A DNA stretch of 64,000 nt from assembly GCA_010015805.1 (NCBI GenBank), contig ML978125.1, positions 1,550,001-1,614,000 on the forward strand. The letters are read 5' to 3'. Below the pieces are notes generated by a model. The model did no database searches. It saw nothing but the letters and a program-made list of their open reading frames with translations, and had not been told where the DNA came from. The position numbers and the translations under genes were made by a program. Numbering within the stretch: the stretch's first letter is position 1; every line of letters begins with the position of its first letter. Of the stretch, positions 22,638 to 36,303 are shown piece by piece. The stretch comes from Rhizodiscina lignyota. Its lineage: Eukaryota.

Positions 22638-23506
22638 CTTTGTGTGAACTGGGCAGGATTTGTCGATGCAAACTTCAGTCACCAAAGAACCCTCAGATTC
22701 ATGCCCAATGTCTTGTTCCTAGCTCTTCCACAAACGCATCTGCAAGGTGATGTAGGAGGAGGGTCGAAATTTTTGAAGCGGTTGAGCCACCACAGCCACA
22801 CTCGAAATTTTACATCTGATGCCAAGATTTCCAGGTGCTCGGGTAGAAATGCTTAATGCCACCCGATTGCGGCAGGAGAGTCTTTGATACCACTACCTTT
22901 GATGCTGGCCCAATAGACATACGTGTATCTACTGGCATTCAATAGCAATGCATCATCATCCCCTGCACGTCGCACGCGCTCACCTCCCGCCGCGTCCCGT
23001 TCTTTTCGGCCAGCACTGACGACGATAATTTTGGCCGCAGGACACGGTTCCTTTAAATTCACATCCGCTCCTCATCTTCCTTATCACGAGGCCGCTTCGT
23101 CCCGCACTTCACAACTGTCACCAACTTGAGTGGTTGACGTTGCTACGTTGGCAGCGCCGATCGACTTTTTTGCGAGAATCAAGGCATACGACACAGCCCT
23201 CGTGCCGTCGTCAACCTGCGCCTCACTCTCCTTACGATATGGCGTTCTGACGCCACGATAGTTTTTCTCGTGTGGTATTTCTATACAATGCGCAACGTCT
23301 GTTAGGAGCGCTCTGAGAGCCTTTGCAGCAGTTTTGCTCGCTTTATCGCGTCTTCCGACGATACCGCAGCGACGGCCTCGTCTCACGAGAGTAACAATCT
23401 CCACTCACACCACTTTTTCTTCGCATTAGTACCACGTTTCTCATTTCTCGGTCTTGTACGAACGGCGAGCATTCTGCCTCCGTTCGCTTTATCGCACATG
23501 TTCAAC

Positions 23507-24783
23507 ATGGCGTCACACTACCCAATACCCACAACTCCCCGGGTCATCTCTCCATCACCGACTCCGTCCGAGACGTCCGGAACAACCAGTAGAGATGGCT
23601 ATTTCGGTCCTATCACACGATCGATAACGCGCACGTCAAGAGCAAAATCACCTCCACCAATCGCGGAAGACCAGGACAACGAGAGTTCAGGCTCCGACAG
23701 AGATCCAGAGAAGCGGGCGAGAACTCGTAGCCGTAGCCCGATTGTAGAAGCCGGGACCAAACGGAGAATGAGTGGTTTGACTGCTATCAATCCGAAGTCG
23801 AGTATACCTTCAGCAGCGGGTAAGCCCGTTCGCAGAAAGGTAGACACAGAGCTTGCAAATGGCACTGCAAATGGCACTGCAAATGGACATCTCAGCCCTC
23901 AGAGTGCGAACGGGGGCAGGTGGACGTGGAGAGAATTAAGTAGGAGTCCTAGTCCTCTTGGACTGATTCCAATCCATACGAAATGGAGAACTTTCGTCAG
24001 TCTCTCCCTAGCTGTTGCCCCTCTCTAGCTTTTGCTGACATGTGAAAGATCCATAAGCATGAGATTCCTCGTAAATTACTCCACGTCTCGATCGGTTTCC
24101 TCACCCTCTATCTCTATTACGCCGGCGTTCAACCCGATCAAATCCATCCCATTCTACTTTACATATTTTTGCCGATTGCAGCAATCGACGTAGCTCGGCA
24201 CAACTCGCCGGCGTTGAATCGTCAGTACATTCGAGTCGTGGGCGCGCTCATGCGCGAATCCGAGGTTGATGGATGGAATGGTACACTCTCATACTTGCTT
24301 GGAGCGTGGACCGTTCTTCGATTTTGCCCTAAGGACGTTGGGGTCATGGGAGTCCTTATACTTAGCTGGTGCGACACCGCGGCTAGCACATTTGGACGGC
24401 TGTGGGGCCGTTACACCCCACTTATTCGAAAGGGCAAGAGCCTCGCAGGCAGCTTGGCTGCTATGATAGTCGGTATTGGTACCGCAGTTATGTTTTGGGG
24501 CGTCCTCGCTCCACGCATTTCTCCACTCGGATATGACACGGGCGAAAATTCATTTGCTTTCCAAGGTCATCTTTCGCTGCCGGAGAGCATCACTACAGAG
24601 CTGGGTATCTCAAGAGAGCAGGCTACTATTACTGGTGGATTGGCTCTCGTAGCGATGGGTCTTTGGACTGGCTTCGTGGGAGCGGCCAGCGAAGCGATTG
24701 ATCTGTTCGGATGGGATGATAATCTGACTATACCTTTACTCTGCGGAGCCGGGCTCTGGGGATTTCTCAAAATCTTCACGTAG
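23507..24783 (+). CDS. DGK1: CTP-dependent diacylglycerol kinase; join(23507..23995,24049..24783), alternative ATG at 23498
   Basis: Splicing gives WRTF|IHKHEIPRKLLHVSIGF. Other motifs: LMRESE..WNG, LSWCDTAASTFGR, GKSLAGS, WDDNLTIP. Confidence 0.93.
23855..23886 (+). repeat. 12-bp tandem repeat (ANGT) in the DGK1 N-terminal region
   Basis: gcaaatggcact twice plus gcaaatgg. Confidence 0.8.
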
Positions 24784-25675
24784 ATAATCTCGTAGATACT
24801 TCAGCAGCTTAATGAATGTATAAACTTCTCCGAATCGGCATCCTTTCGATTGTTCGTATCAATATATGTGGCTAGCACATGGGTCTGGATGCACAACAGG
24901 CGCACGTGCATATCGAGATGCACTTGGTCTGCACCTCCCGCGGTGTTGTACTCTGATAGAAACACCATCCCAATTGCGCGTGAAACGGATCCAGCAGAAC
25001 GGAGAATTTCGATAGTTAAGCAATATTCCGGCCATGCACCCCGTCACGCCCAAAACGCGTGCTGGACCCGCGAGAGGCCGCGTCTGTGCGCAGCGCCACT
25101 CGCGGATTGGCCATCCCCTGAAGCATTCAATCTGCCTTCATTCTATCTCCCCTCTCTCTCGGTTTGCCGGTCAATTCCTCATCACCCTCCTTTTGAGTGG
25201 CAGGAGACTGTCCCAGTCGTTCCTTTTTCTGTATTGTACAGCGTACAGCCGTTCCTTTAAATCTCTCCCCGCCACGATCCTTTGATCCCTGCGCAACGCC
25301 GTATCCCCAGCCCTTTTGAAACGCATTGAAGTTGCGAGCGGAAATAGCAACTTCTCACGAGAGAGTTATAGCAACCTGCAGGCTCATCCAAGTTTAGGCA
25401 ACCGGAAGCTCTAAGCTTGGCTCGACGTGCCATCAACACAAATCGGACATTTCGCCATCTACCAGATCGCCGGGACGAACAATCGACGCGTTCTTTGACT
25501 GTACCCACGATTACCGTCTTTACCACCGAACAATCGGGACGAAATAGCGGAGCATGTCTCGATAGCTTACGCGGATCAGCTTCTACGTGGCAGAAGTTTT
25601 CTATCGCAACATTCCAACAGAATAGTGAGAACAACACCAGACGTGCCTGTGGAAGTCGCTGGACAAGAGCCAGGA

Positions 25676-28600
25676 ATGATGAGCACCGTATATCCCGAGA
25701 GAGATGGGACGAGGGCAAGCAGTCAGCAACAGCGCAGGGTTCATGTGGACAGCAGCCCCCTACCTACAGACTCGATGATCACCGTCCCTCTATCGGAGAG
25801 CGAGAAATCCGTGGATATACATGATGACAAGTATGAGGGGGTTGATGAACAGAGTTTTATGCGAATGGCGATGGGAGGAGAACAACATCGGGGGTCGTTG
25901 AGCAGTGGCTCAGAGGACAACGATGAGACTGATAGCGACTACGACTCGGACGACGTGATAGTGGAGGAGGCTTCTATTGCTACAAGGGCGATGAGCATCC
26001 GGACGGGCAGTGTCAAGACGATGGACGATTCTTCAAGTATCGCGGAATCGACCATGTCGAACATCAGAGAATCGGTCAGAGAGGTGGACAATCGACACAT
26101 CAAAGAAGGCAAAAGGGTTGTTGAGGACGATGAAGATACGCAGACCATGCCACCGATTACCAGACAGGGCACCGACTGGCCGATGATCACTGTCGACGGC
26201 GATGTCACGCCTATCGACGACGCCCCACCGTCCGCTATTGAGGCCGGCGAGAGAGTTTCTTTGGCGAAGACTGTGACCCCTATCGAGGACAACACAGAAC
26301 TCTCCGATGGGCGATTTTCCCCGACGATGATGAAGCCCGATATCACTGTCGACACAGACGTGGCAAGGTCACGACCTTCTTCAATAGAAATCTTACAGGG
26401 TAACGGCGTAGCAAGGAAAGGAAGAGGGAGCGTGGACTTCCATGCACAGAATATCAACAGGGTTTCAACTATGGAAATGGAAGAAACGTTAGACATGATC
26501 GAGGAGGCTGAGGAAGGAGAAGGAGCTGGGCATGAGCAGCGAGGAAGGAGACGCAGTGCTGGCTCTGACGGCAGTGGGCGTGTGGACTGGGCGGAACTGG
26601 ATGGAAGAGAAGAGCAGGAGGTCAAAGACCTTGATATCTCTGGTGATGAAGTTCGTTTTGCTCTCTTCCATATGCTGCAAGTTCTGGAGGCTAACAATAC
26701 ACTAGCAAACTGCTCTACTTCTCGCTCGGCTCGAGCAAGAGAACCAAGCCATTGCCTCGAATCCAAAGGCAGGCGTGAAAGCCCGCCTTCGAAAACTGAC
26801 AGCTGGCCGCCCACCATCTATGGCAGACCTCCAGACTCTGGTGCAAAATAACCGTCGACAGTCCCTCCGCATCTCACGCATGCCTTCTCCCCCTCCAATG
26901 ACCGAGCTCGATTTCTGGGCCGCGCTCGTGAAGGACTACCCTTCTACTGCGCAGCGTCTGCCAACCCTCACATCGAACAAGATCCGTGGCGGTATTCCAC
27001 CTCCACTGCGAGGTGTCGTGTGGGTGAGCATGGCGGGCGCGAGGGACAAGCTACTTGAGGAGCAGTACGACAGGTTGTGTGGAGAGCAAAGTCCGTACGA
27101 GAACATCATCAACAAAGACATTGGACGGAGCTTTCCTGGCGTAGAGATGTTCCGCGAGGCGGACGGCGAGGGGCAGAAAATGCTCGGCCGGGTGCTGAAG
27201 TGCTTCAGCCTCTATGATAATAAGATTGGGTATTGCCAAGGTCTCGGCTTCTTGGTAGGGCCGTTGCTCATGCAGATGGGTGAAAGAGATGCATTCTGCG
27301 TGCTTGTACGGTATGTCGACCCCAATACGCCTCTATCATATTTGTTGCTAATTTCGAGCAGGCTCATGGAAGATTATGACCTCCATTCTTGCTTCCAGCC
27401 CGATCTCTCTGGTCTCCATCTCCGCATCTATCAATTCCAAGAGCTGCTGCACCAACATCTCCCCGTACTTGCCGCACATCTCGACCACCTCCAAGTCGAA
27501 GCTGCATATCTCTCGCAATGGTTCCTCAGCTTCTTCGCCGTAACTTGTCCGCTTCCCATGCTCTTCCGCATCTATGATGTTATCTTTGCGGAGGGTGCCA
27601 GCGAGACGATGATGCGAGTTGCGTTGTCCGTTATGCGCAGAAACGAGAAGAGGATCCTTGGTTTACAGGAATTCGAGGATGTGATGCAACTGCTACTTAG
27701 CAGAGCCCTATGGGACCCGTATGGCTTAAGCGCCAGAAGCGCTGATGAATTGGTCAATGACTTCGTGTCATTCACAAGTCTTGTCACGCGAGAGAACCTG
27801 CGAGAGCTAGTCGCTAGCTTCAGAGCCGCACAAGGTGGAGACTCTAGTGCACGGTTAGGATTCTTCCCTGAAGTGCAGCACACGGCTTCAAGGTTCCTCG
27901 GAAGACTATGGGCACCAGCGGGTACGCCCACCAAGACTGCCTCGATGTTAAGCCCGGCTAGCCTAGCAACGCCATCTACGAGTTCCAGACCAGGAAGCTT
28001 CTTGCGAAAGACCCCATCGAAGCAGAGTCTTGCATCGACCCACAATTCGACAGAAGCCAGTTCGGAAAGCACGATGTCATCAAGCTCGAGTGGTACAACG
28101 CTGACAGATGCGACTACTCTGTCTCGCGTCACCAGCGATGAGTACCCAGCGAGTGTAAAGTCTAGCAAGACGCAGACGGAGAGCCTAATGGCTATTGTCA
28201 AGAGTACTTCGTCGATGTCTAATCAAGACAGAGACTTGCATACACAGATCGAAGACCTCCTTACTGCATTAAGTGAGATGCAAAGAGAGCATGCACAACT
28301 CGCCGCTCAGCTTGCAAAGGAGAGGGAGGAGCGGGAGGAAGACTGTTCGGTTGTGAGATCACTCTTGGATGCTCTTGCAGAGGAAAAGCGGAGGAGCAAG
28401 AGGGTTTCTGATCAAGACCTTCATGGCCGCAGAAGAACGGCATCGCCGACTCGGAGGCCAGTCAGTGTCTGCGAAAAGCAAAAAGAAGAACCCGAGACAA
28501 CGGGCAAGAAGCGGATGTCCAATCTCATTGCGAAAGCAGAGTACCGCTTTCCGTTTACGCCCGGCCACCAACGCCATTCCGCTAGTTTAGAGACGAAGTC

Positions 28601-29531
28601 GCAGCTGAGGAATGCTCTTACGCAGGCGAGAGAGCATGTTGCCTCGGAATCATCTAGAGCAGCTGAGTTAGCCCGGCAGCTCGAGGCAAAGGACCAAGAA
28701 GCGAATACCATCCGCGAACAGCTGCGCGACGCGCGGACGCGTGTCCAAGCAGAATTCGGCGAGAAGCAACGCTTGGAGAAGACGGTCCAGGAGATGCGGC
28801 AAGCACAGCGTAATAATAACGAGAGCACAAGTCCAGCAAGGCGAATGACACTTACGCAAAACTCTGCAGATCAATTTGCTGCCGCGGCAAATACAGACAA
28901 CGGTTCGAATCGAAGTAGAAGCAACAGCGGAAGCAGCGGCAAGGGGCTGAGAGAGTTCAAACTCGGCAGAGTCAACACGGCCATGACGCCTCCGCAGTTC
29001 TCGAAGCGCTCGTCAAGCCTCGCGACGCAGGCTGTGCTAGGCAGTCTGGCGACCAACGTCCCGCCGGTGCCTTCGATGCCATCTGCTGTGTCGATTGACA
29101 GCAAGACGGACAGTTACAGCCCCAGTCAAGGGCAGCCGCCAACGGAAGATCAGCAGGACCGTGAAGCGCTGCTGCTTGAGCTCGTGAACGCGAAGACGGC
29201 AGAGGCAGTCGCAAGACAGGAGCTCGATGAGATGAGAGGCAAGTTCGAGAGCATGCGGAGACTACTGGGTCAGCAATCACCAGCCATTTCATCGAACGGC
29301 GGGACGCCTGCTACCACGCCTGGTGCGGGTGGCGGACATAAGGCGAATGCGAGCGAGGGATGGGTCAGTTTCCTTTCCGGTGGGGCGTCAAAGGAGAGTT
29401 CGGCGGCGAGCCCGCCGAACTCGGGTAATAATGAGAAGGCTGTGGCGCATGCTGTGGAACCTGAAAAGGTCAAGGCGTCTTCGACGAGTTCAGGCGGTTT
29501 CTGGGGTTGGGGCAAGAAGACGGCTGGTTAG
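25676..29531 (+). CDS. Rab-GAP TBC-domain protein (Gyp5-like); introns 26651-26705 and 27311-27361
   Basis: Acidic N-terminus, LLLARLEQEN after splicing, TBC motifs GIPPPLRGVVW, INKDIGRSFP, IGYCQGLGF and SQWFLSFF, then C-terminal coiled coils. Start codon uncertain. Confidence 0.9.
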
Positions 29532-30556
29532 ATGCTGGATTAGCTCTGCGTTCTGGATGGTCTTGAGCAGCTTCTGCTGATTACGAATTTGTTGCTACAG
29601 CTCATTTGTCTCTTGAGGAAGAGGGATATAGCGAGAATGAAATCTGCGAATATTGAAGCATTGTTTGTGTCGAAGGTGCTGAGATGGATAATGGTGCCAA
29701 CTTGGAATAAGCCTCTGCTCCACCGTCGCCGTCTACGCCTCGTAATATCAAAATTGAAGACGACGGTGATACCACATTCAATTTCGATAACCGTAAAGTC
29801 TTGTAAAGCGTCTTCCAGATCTTCTACTGTGAGCCTCTCTCCCGACTCGGCCCGTTTGGCGTGGCGATACTGCTGTTTAGGTTGTGTCCTCTGATGATCA
29901 TCCATTTATTCAGACGCTGTTCTGCATGTCCTAGTCATGCTATTCACATTCCGGCGATGCCGGCGCTCATGTCGTGATGATGTTGTTGTTCAATGCTCAT
30001 GTCTGGATATACTGTTGTTCACGGCCCACGTGACATCAAAGTGTCGAGGGTAGGATGAGCCCTGCTGGACGCTCCTATTTTGGCAAACGGGGGTTTGAAA
30101 TGTCACATGGAAAGAATAGAGTGTGATTAAAACAGTCGGCGGCCAGGCAAGCTGTGCCCCCTGGGTGAGTGTCTTGAAATTCGCGGCCACCTTTTCCATC
30201 ACCCTCTTGAGTGTATGCAACAATAGCGTCCTATTAAGAAGCTAGCACAATTTATTAGCTCTAGATTTTATTACTCCTCAGTATCTTTAAAGCTTCGGTC
30301 CACCTTCTGTCGCCTTCGAATTCGCCTACTCGTACTGTACAGGAAATACAAAATTACAAATTGTCGGGACCGCGTTGATTGGAGATACGAATAACCAAGC
30401 ATATTGGCGGCCAAAGCTTCGAAGTTCGGTCATGTCGTCAATTATCATTAATGGTGATTAGCCTAATCCCATAGTCATACACTTCCGCCAAGCACGGGAA
30501 GTCGACGTCGTAATCTCTCCGTCGAACGGAGAAAGTCTTGCAAAGTCGTAATCCCC

Positions 30557-32799
30557 TCAAACAAACACATCATCGTCTACCTTTTCCAGCCGCCTGCGTG
30601 GGCCGTTGCCCATCTCCTGTCCCAGGTGTACCATCGTGGTCTTCGCTTCTCGCTTCAGTTCTTCCAGGTAATTCGCTTCTTTAAGGAGATCCCTGCCCAA
30701 GAGCGCAAGTGGAGAGTTCTTCCAGAGCGGTACTCGTCTATGTCGCGTGACGTGCATTGTTATGATGAGAAGCATTGTGGTTAGAGCCCACACAGCCATA
30801 GGCTCCGTAAGCCAGATGTATTGAATTCGTTTGTAAGGCTCCGTGGTCCAGGCGTGGCCGGTCATCGGAACGGTCCCGCCATTATCGGTTTGTGTGCGAA
30901 TCCTTTTGGAAGTTAGAGAACTCAATTATCCTATGAGACTACAAGGGTATTAACTTACGCATTGGTCATAGCCGTTGCGATATTTTCTAAGCGTACTTTG
31001 AAATTTCGAAACGACTGAGCGCGACCTTGAAGCGTATAATTCACCCCCATGAGATCAGTGGCCAAGTATTGTCCAGGGCCCCAATTGATGTAATTATCGC
31101 CTCCGTTTACATAGTCCAGGTCTGCGGAACCATTGAACGCCCAAAACGAGAGATAATTTCCAAGAGAACTTAGCGTGATGCCGTTGGTAGTAAAATTTGG
31201 ACCAGTTCCAGGGATCTGAGCAACCCAATCGTCATCAGGTTTACCTGTCGAGTTCGTCCAGTTCAAATTATTGTATGTGTCAACAACAATTGTGGTGGTC
31301 GATCCATTGATTACCTGCGTGGCAAATTTTTGGACACATAGACTCAAAGATCCCTTAAGGGCGCCTAAGGAAGCTTGATCGCATGTTGCCTTACGAGACT
31401 TATCGTTCTTCACTTGTGTCAGCGTATCATTGGCCTCATAGATGACGAGTATATCCAAGAGCGTCGTCCCACTTGCATCGAAAGAATCGTGAGGCACCGC
31501 GGATACGATCATAGTTTCCGGAGCTCCGAGATTTACCCCATCGGGGGCATTGTCGCATGTGTAATTAAAAAAAGTTGGTTTGCTGATCGTAGCATTGTCT
31601 ACAGAGAACGTACATCCTACGTTCGGATTAGCCTCGTCTAGTGCCGATTTTATAGCAGTCGAGCAGTCGGCGGTGATGTCTGACGTGACGTCCTCGATTA
31701 CGGCGCAGAATGCGAGAGATGTATATGCTTCGAAGGTGCAGTTGTGTGTCGGACATACGCCAGAAACCTGCGAAAGCTTGTTGTTTGTCTTGGCCAATCC
31801 GTCATTAATGGCAGCCTCGATAGGAATGCCGAAGAATTGCCCGCCTTAAGTATGCAGCTCCAAGTTAGCGTGAACAATATACGATTGCTTAGAAAGCGCG
31901 TCTAAGCAAGTAACGTAATTTATCAAGAAACTTACGCTCATTGCCGTCTACATCATTCAAATACGGGTCCAAGTTCTCAAATTGGTCTGGTATCTTGAAC
32001 GTGAAGGTGCGGTTAATGTGTGTATCGGCGTTGGACGTTATCCATCGCGAACCATCGGACATGATGGATTGTTGAACAAAAGGCTGAAACCCTAGCATAA
32101 ACAGGGTAATCAAAGCGCCTAAGTATGGAAGGAGAAGGTATCTGCGTTACAATTAGTGTCTATTCAGAAAGATGAAAGTTTCGGCTGAAACATGACTTAC
32201 CCAAGCATCTTTAAGTTCTTTATTCTCCATGCCATTTTCCATAACAGTTTGACACTACCTTCAGGCCCCCGACTCGCCTCATCAAACACTTCGAGCTCGT
32301 CCAGAGGCCGGTCACGCTGAAACCAAACCCATTTCAGTTGACCGAGGCAAGACTGTACAGACACAAGTAGTGCGGGGGTTACGACTTGTGTCAGAATGGA
32401 AACGACTGTCGTGAGCTCAATGACGAAACGCCATTGTGCAGTAGGCTTGCCGTCGAAGACTTTCAGTATAGCTATAATTGCGAATAGCGCAGCTGTACCG
32501 AGAGTCCATGTAAACAGTTCCCACCCCCAGACAGTGATGAAATTCGGAGGCGGTGGAGAATAGCTTCGTGTAGTGCCACCAGACCTAAGGTTGTTCATCG
32601 GACTGAGGTTTGCGGAGTCGCCGTGGACCGTTCCGTTAGCCACAAGTACGCTCTCGCAGCGCTGCATGACCGTATAGCGGCCAGAAAGATTTTGATAGTT
32701 GTTGTCACTTGACGGATTCGATCTCGAATTTGGGGAAGCGCTTTGTTGCAAGCGAATAGGCACATATGATCCCGAATTATGCTGGGCACGTCCAGACAT
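30557..32799 (-). CDS. DUF3176-family membrane protein, about 4 exons
   Basis: WGWELF..AIIAIL..FDGKP..W, LGQLKWVWF..RPL..FDEASRGPEGS, FQPFVQQ, CPTHNCTF..YTSLAFC, ENIATAMTN, and C-terminal PLWKNSPLALL. GTAAGT donors at 32200, 31936 and 30958. Confidence 0.85.
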
Positions 32800-33851
32800 G
32801 GCTGATCAGAGTTAAGTAGTGAAAGGCAGGGCCTTAGTGGGCCGTTAAGGTCGAACGATGGAAAATTGAAGCCGATGTGAAAAGGATGTCGCTATCATAT
32901 ATGAGTGTATTCAGCCTGAAGGATGAATAATACTATTGATAAAGGGGAGGTAACTCAGGCCTCCTTAGTGATCCAGCTCGGATGGGAGGCTGAGCTTCGC
33001 ACGAGGCTCAGTTGCACATAAGCTCTTCGCATAGAGTGTTCGCATTCGGACCGTCCATCAAGGGTCCTGTTGTCTTCGAGGACCAATGGCCGGTTGTACA
33101 TAATTTAGCTGAGCAATTAGCCATGTCGGCGCCTTATTAGCATGCGATAACGCTTTGACGAGACAACCGACCCCACACCAGGCTGAAGGTAATGAGCTCA
33201 GCCTTTCCTTAAAGCAGAAGATTTATTGATGGGGGCACTGTAGGCAAAGATGAACTTATGAAGAAAAACAGCACAAAAACAGCCTCGTCATTATGTTGCC
33301 TACCAATGTATGGACACAATAAACAGCGCAGGAAATTGAATGTTAAGCAAGGAACGAAAACGAAGGCCGACTCGTTGACCTCCGCTAATAGGTTCAAATC
33401 CGAAACGCACTTCTAAATCTGAAATAAACTCATGATGGGGGTTGTGAAAAAAGAAATCTACGTCAATCAGGCAAACTTGCAGGACGAGCTTGCGCCTCCA
33501 ACGGCGACGTCTCATACTGACCCTCTTTACCGTAGGCGTACCAAGCGGAAGGTCTGTCCAATCCTGGCTCGATAGCATTAGGTGAACTTTTTAAGTCACT
33601 GTAATGTCGATTGGAATCAGCCGCCCTTGGAGTTGCCAGCTTGGGATCAAATACCGGCGGGTTGTTCTGTTTGCATTTTGTTCGTTACTTAAGCCCAGTT
33701 CCAGCTGCAAGATGTGGCAATTATATCAGAAGGGAGGCTTTCAGCCACTCTTCCAGACCAATAATTGACTAAGCGAGTAAGGCCCCAAAAGGAAAGTCGT
33801 TTATGCATCTTACGCAAAAGAGTTGGGTGTCCGAGAGCCTATTGGAAGACG

Positions 33852-33977
33852 ATGAGCAACAGAATCACGCCGTATGCAATCACGCAAGCTCTCACTGCCC
33901 AAGTGACTGCAGCGCTTTTGAATCTGCCGCAGGATATCTGTGATCTAATTCTGGACTACGTTATGTCGAGGCTCTGA
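33852..33977 (+). pseudogene. Possible F-box-like gene fragment
   Basis: LLNLPQDICDLILDYV resembles the LLxLPxEIRxxIxxY motif but is followed almost at once by a stop. Confidence 0.25.
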
Positions 33978-34466
33978 GGGCGACAAAATAGTTGGCGGCC
34001 AGGCAGGCTGGAACGACCAAGGGCGAGCAGCTCTTGCACTTCAAGGTAAGCGAGACGATATCTGAAAGCTCAATTATATATTCTTGGGGGTCTTTACCAT
34101 AACAACATGCCGATGAATTTTTTTTTACACTTAGTTGATTGTAGAGGATATACATCGTAGCTGTTCAGTGCTGCAAATTCCAAGTTGTTACGTTCGAGGT
34201 GATCTATCTCACCCGAGCGGATGACGATGAACGAGCAAGGAGGTTGTCGCACCGGGGTTGACTTTGTGCTTAAGATATTGACAGGACAAAATAACAATTG
34301 AGGTTTTGATGGCCTAGGCTTATAAGTAGTTCATTGCCAAAGGCTGAAGTTGAGGAAGTCTGAAGTTGAAGTCGTAGTTGAGGCTGAGTCAAACTGACGG
34401 GAGACCCCTCGCGTGCTCACTGTCTTTACGCTGTGAGCTCCTCCTTCGGGACCACCTTCCTATCCA

Positions 34467-36144
34467 ATGCCCCACCTACTCCGATTCTTCAATTGCAGAT
34501 CTCTCACACCTCTACCTCTAAGAGCTTCCTGCAAAAGCTTCAAGCCTCACTGTCTACGCCCCAGACACCTCCAGCAACCTCTCGATAGACTATTTACAAC
34601 CTCCATACCCCGCAAAGCAGAGTGGCCGTATCTCTACAGCCCCTACACCACAATGGCGCCACAGCTTGACTCCTACTTCAAACAAGTAGACACTCTCGCG
34701 GAGAGTTTTATCGATCGCCTCAGAAAAGCAGTAGCAATACCCTCCATCTCCGCAGCAGATGAGCACCGTCCAGATGTTGTCAAGGTCTGTTCAAGTTTCC
34801 GTTCCAGTTATCATAAGCTCGAGCTAACATGACTGTCAGATGGGCGAGTTCCTCGCCTCAGAGCTCCGTAACTTAGGCGCGCACGTAGAACTCAGGCCCC
34901 TAGGCAAACAGCCACACAAAGAGCACCTCGAACTCCCTCCAGTCGTCGTTGCACGGTACGGCGAAGATCCAAAGAAGCGGACTATCCTTGTATACGGACA
35001 CTATGACGTTCAGCCCGCTCTGAAAGAAGATGGATGGGCCACGGAGCCGTTCACGCTCTCGGTTGACGATAAGGGACGCATGTATGGGCGTGGATCAACA
35101 GACGACAAGGGACCAGTTCTGGGATGGCTAAACGCTATTGAGGCCCATCAGAAGGCAGGCGTGGACTTCCCCGTCAATCTGCTGATGTGCTTCGAAGGCA
35201 TGGAAGAGTATGGATCTGAAGGCCTAGACGACTTCATTAACGAAGAGGCGAAGAAGTTCTTCAAGGACGCAGACGCTGTGTGCATATCGGACAACTACTG
35301 GCTGGGCACGGAGAAGCCGTGTCTCACGTATGGGCTGAGAGGGTGCAGCTATTACTCCATCGAGATCAGTGGGCCTGGTCAAGACTTGCACTCTGGTGTC
35401 TTTGGCGGTACAGCACACGAGCCGATGACGGATTTGGTGAGAGTGATGGGCACGCTTGTCGACACGGCTGGAAATATTCTCATCCCTGGTATCAACGACC
35501 TCGTAGCGCCGATGACAGACGACGAGAAGAGCCTTTACGGCGGCATTGCATTCACTATGGACAACCTCTATGAATCTCTGGGCAGCAAGACCGGTCTGTT
35601 CGCGGACAAGGAGCGCACGCTGATGGGACGATGGAGATATCCCTCGCTCAGTATCCACGGTGTTGAGGGTGCATTCTCTGCACCAGGTGCGAAGACTGTC
35701 ATCCCCGCGAAGGTCGTCGGCAAGTTCTCGATTCGCACTGTGCCGGATATGGAGATTGAGGATGTCGACAAACTCGTATATGACCATGTAAACAAAGCAT
35801 TTGCCGCTCTGGGTTCCAAGAACAACATGAAGGTCTGGCTGCAACATGCCGGTAAGTGGTGGGTTGCGTCACCGAAGCACTGGAACTTCACTGCCGCAGG
35901 AAAGGCTGTCGAGAGAGTATGGGGAGTCAAGCCCGACTTGACCAGAGAAGGAGGCAGTATCCCAGTAACTTTGACATTTGAGCAAGCGACGGGCAAGAAT
36001 GTGTTATTGCTCCCGATGGGAAGCAGCACGGACGCGGCGCACAGTATCAACGAGAAGCTCGACAAGCGGAACTACATTGAAGGCATCAAACTCCTGGGTG
36101 CGTACTTGCACTATGTAGCTGAGGAGCCGACGAACGAGGCATGA
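34467..36144 (+). CDS. DUG1: Cys-Gly metallodipeptidase (M20A, CNDP2-like); intron 34785-34839; second in-frame ATG at 34653
   Basis: YGHYDVQP, GRGSTDDKGP, FEGMEEYGS, DLHSG, TREGGSIP, AHSINEK. Confidence 0.95.
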
Positions 36145-36303
36145 GCGCTTGACGATGAATCTGGATTGGCTTGATACCAGGATAGATATAATACAATGAA
36201 ATGCTAATAGCTGGAGGGCATCCTTCCCGCTGAAAATGCGAGCAAAAATTTCTCGAGGCTTTTATTTGCACAGGACTTCCAAGGCCCAATTTCACCACAA
36301 CCC

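Noticed and set aside
25939..26817. 292-aa antisense ORF
   Set aside because: Ser-rich mirror of the acidic first exon of the TBC gene.
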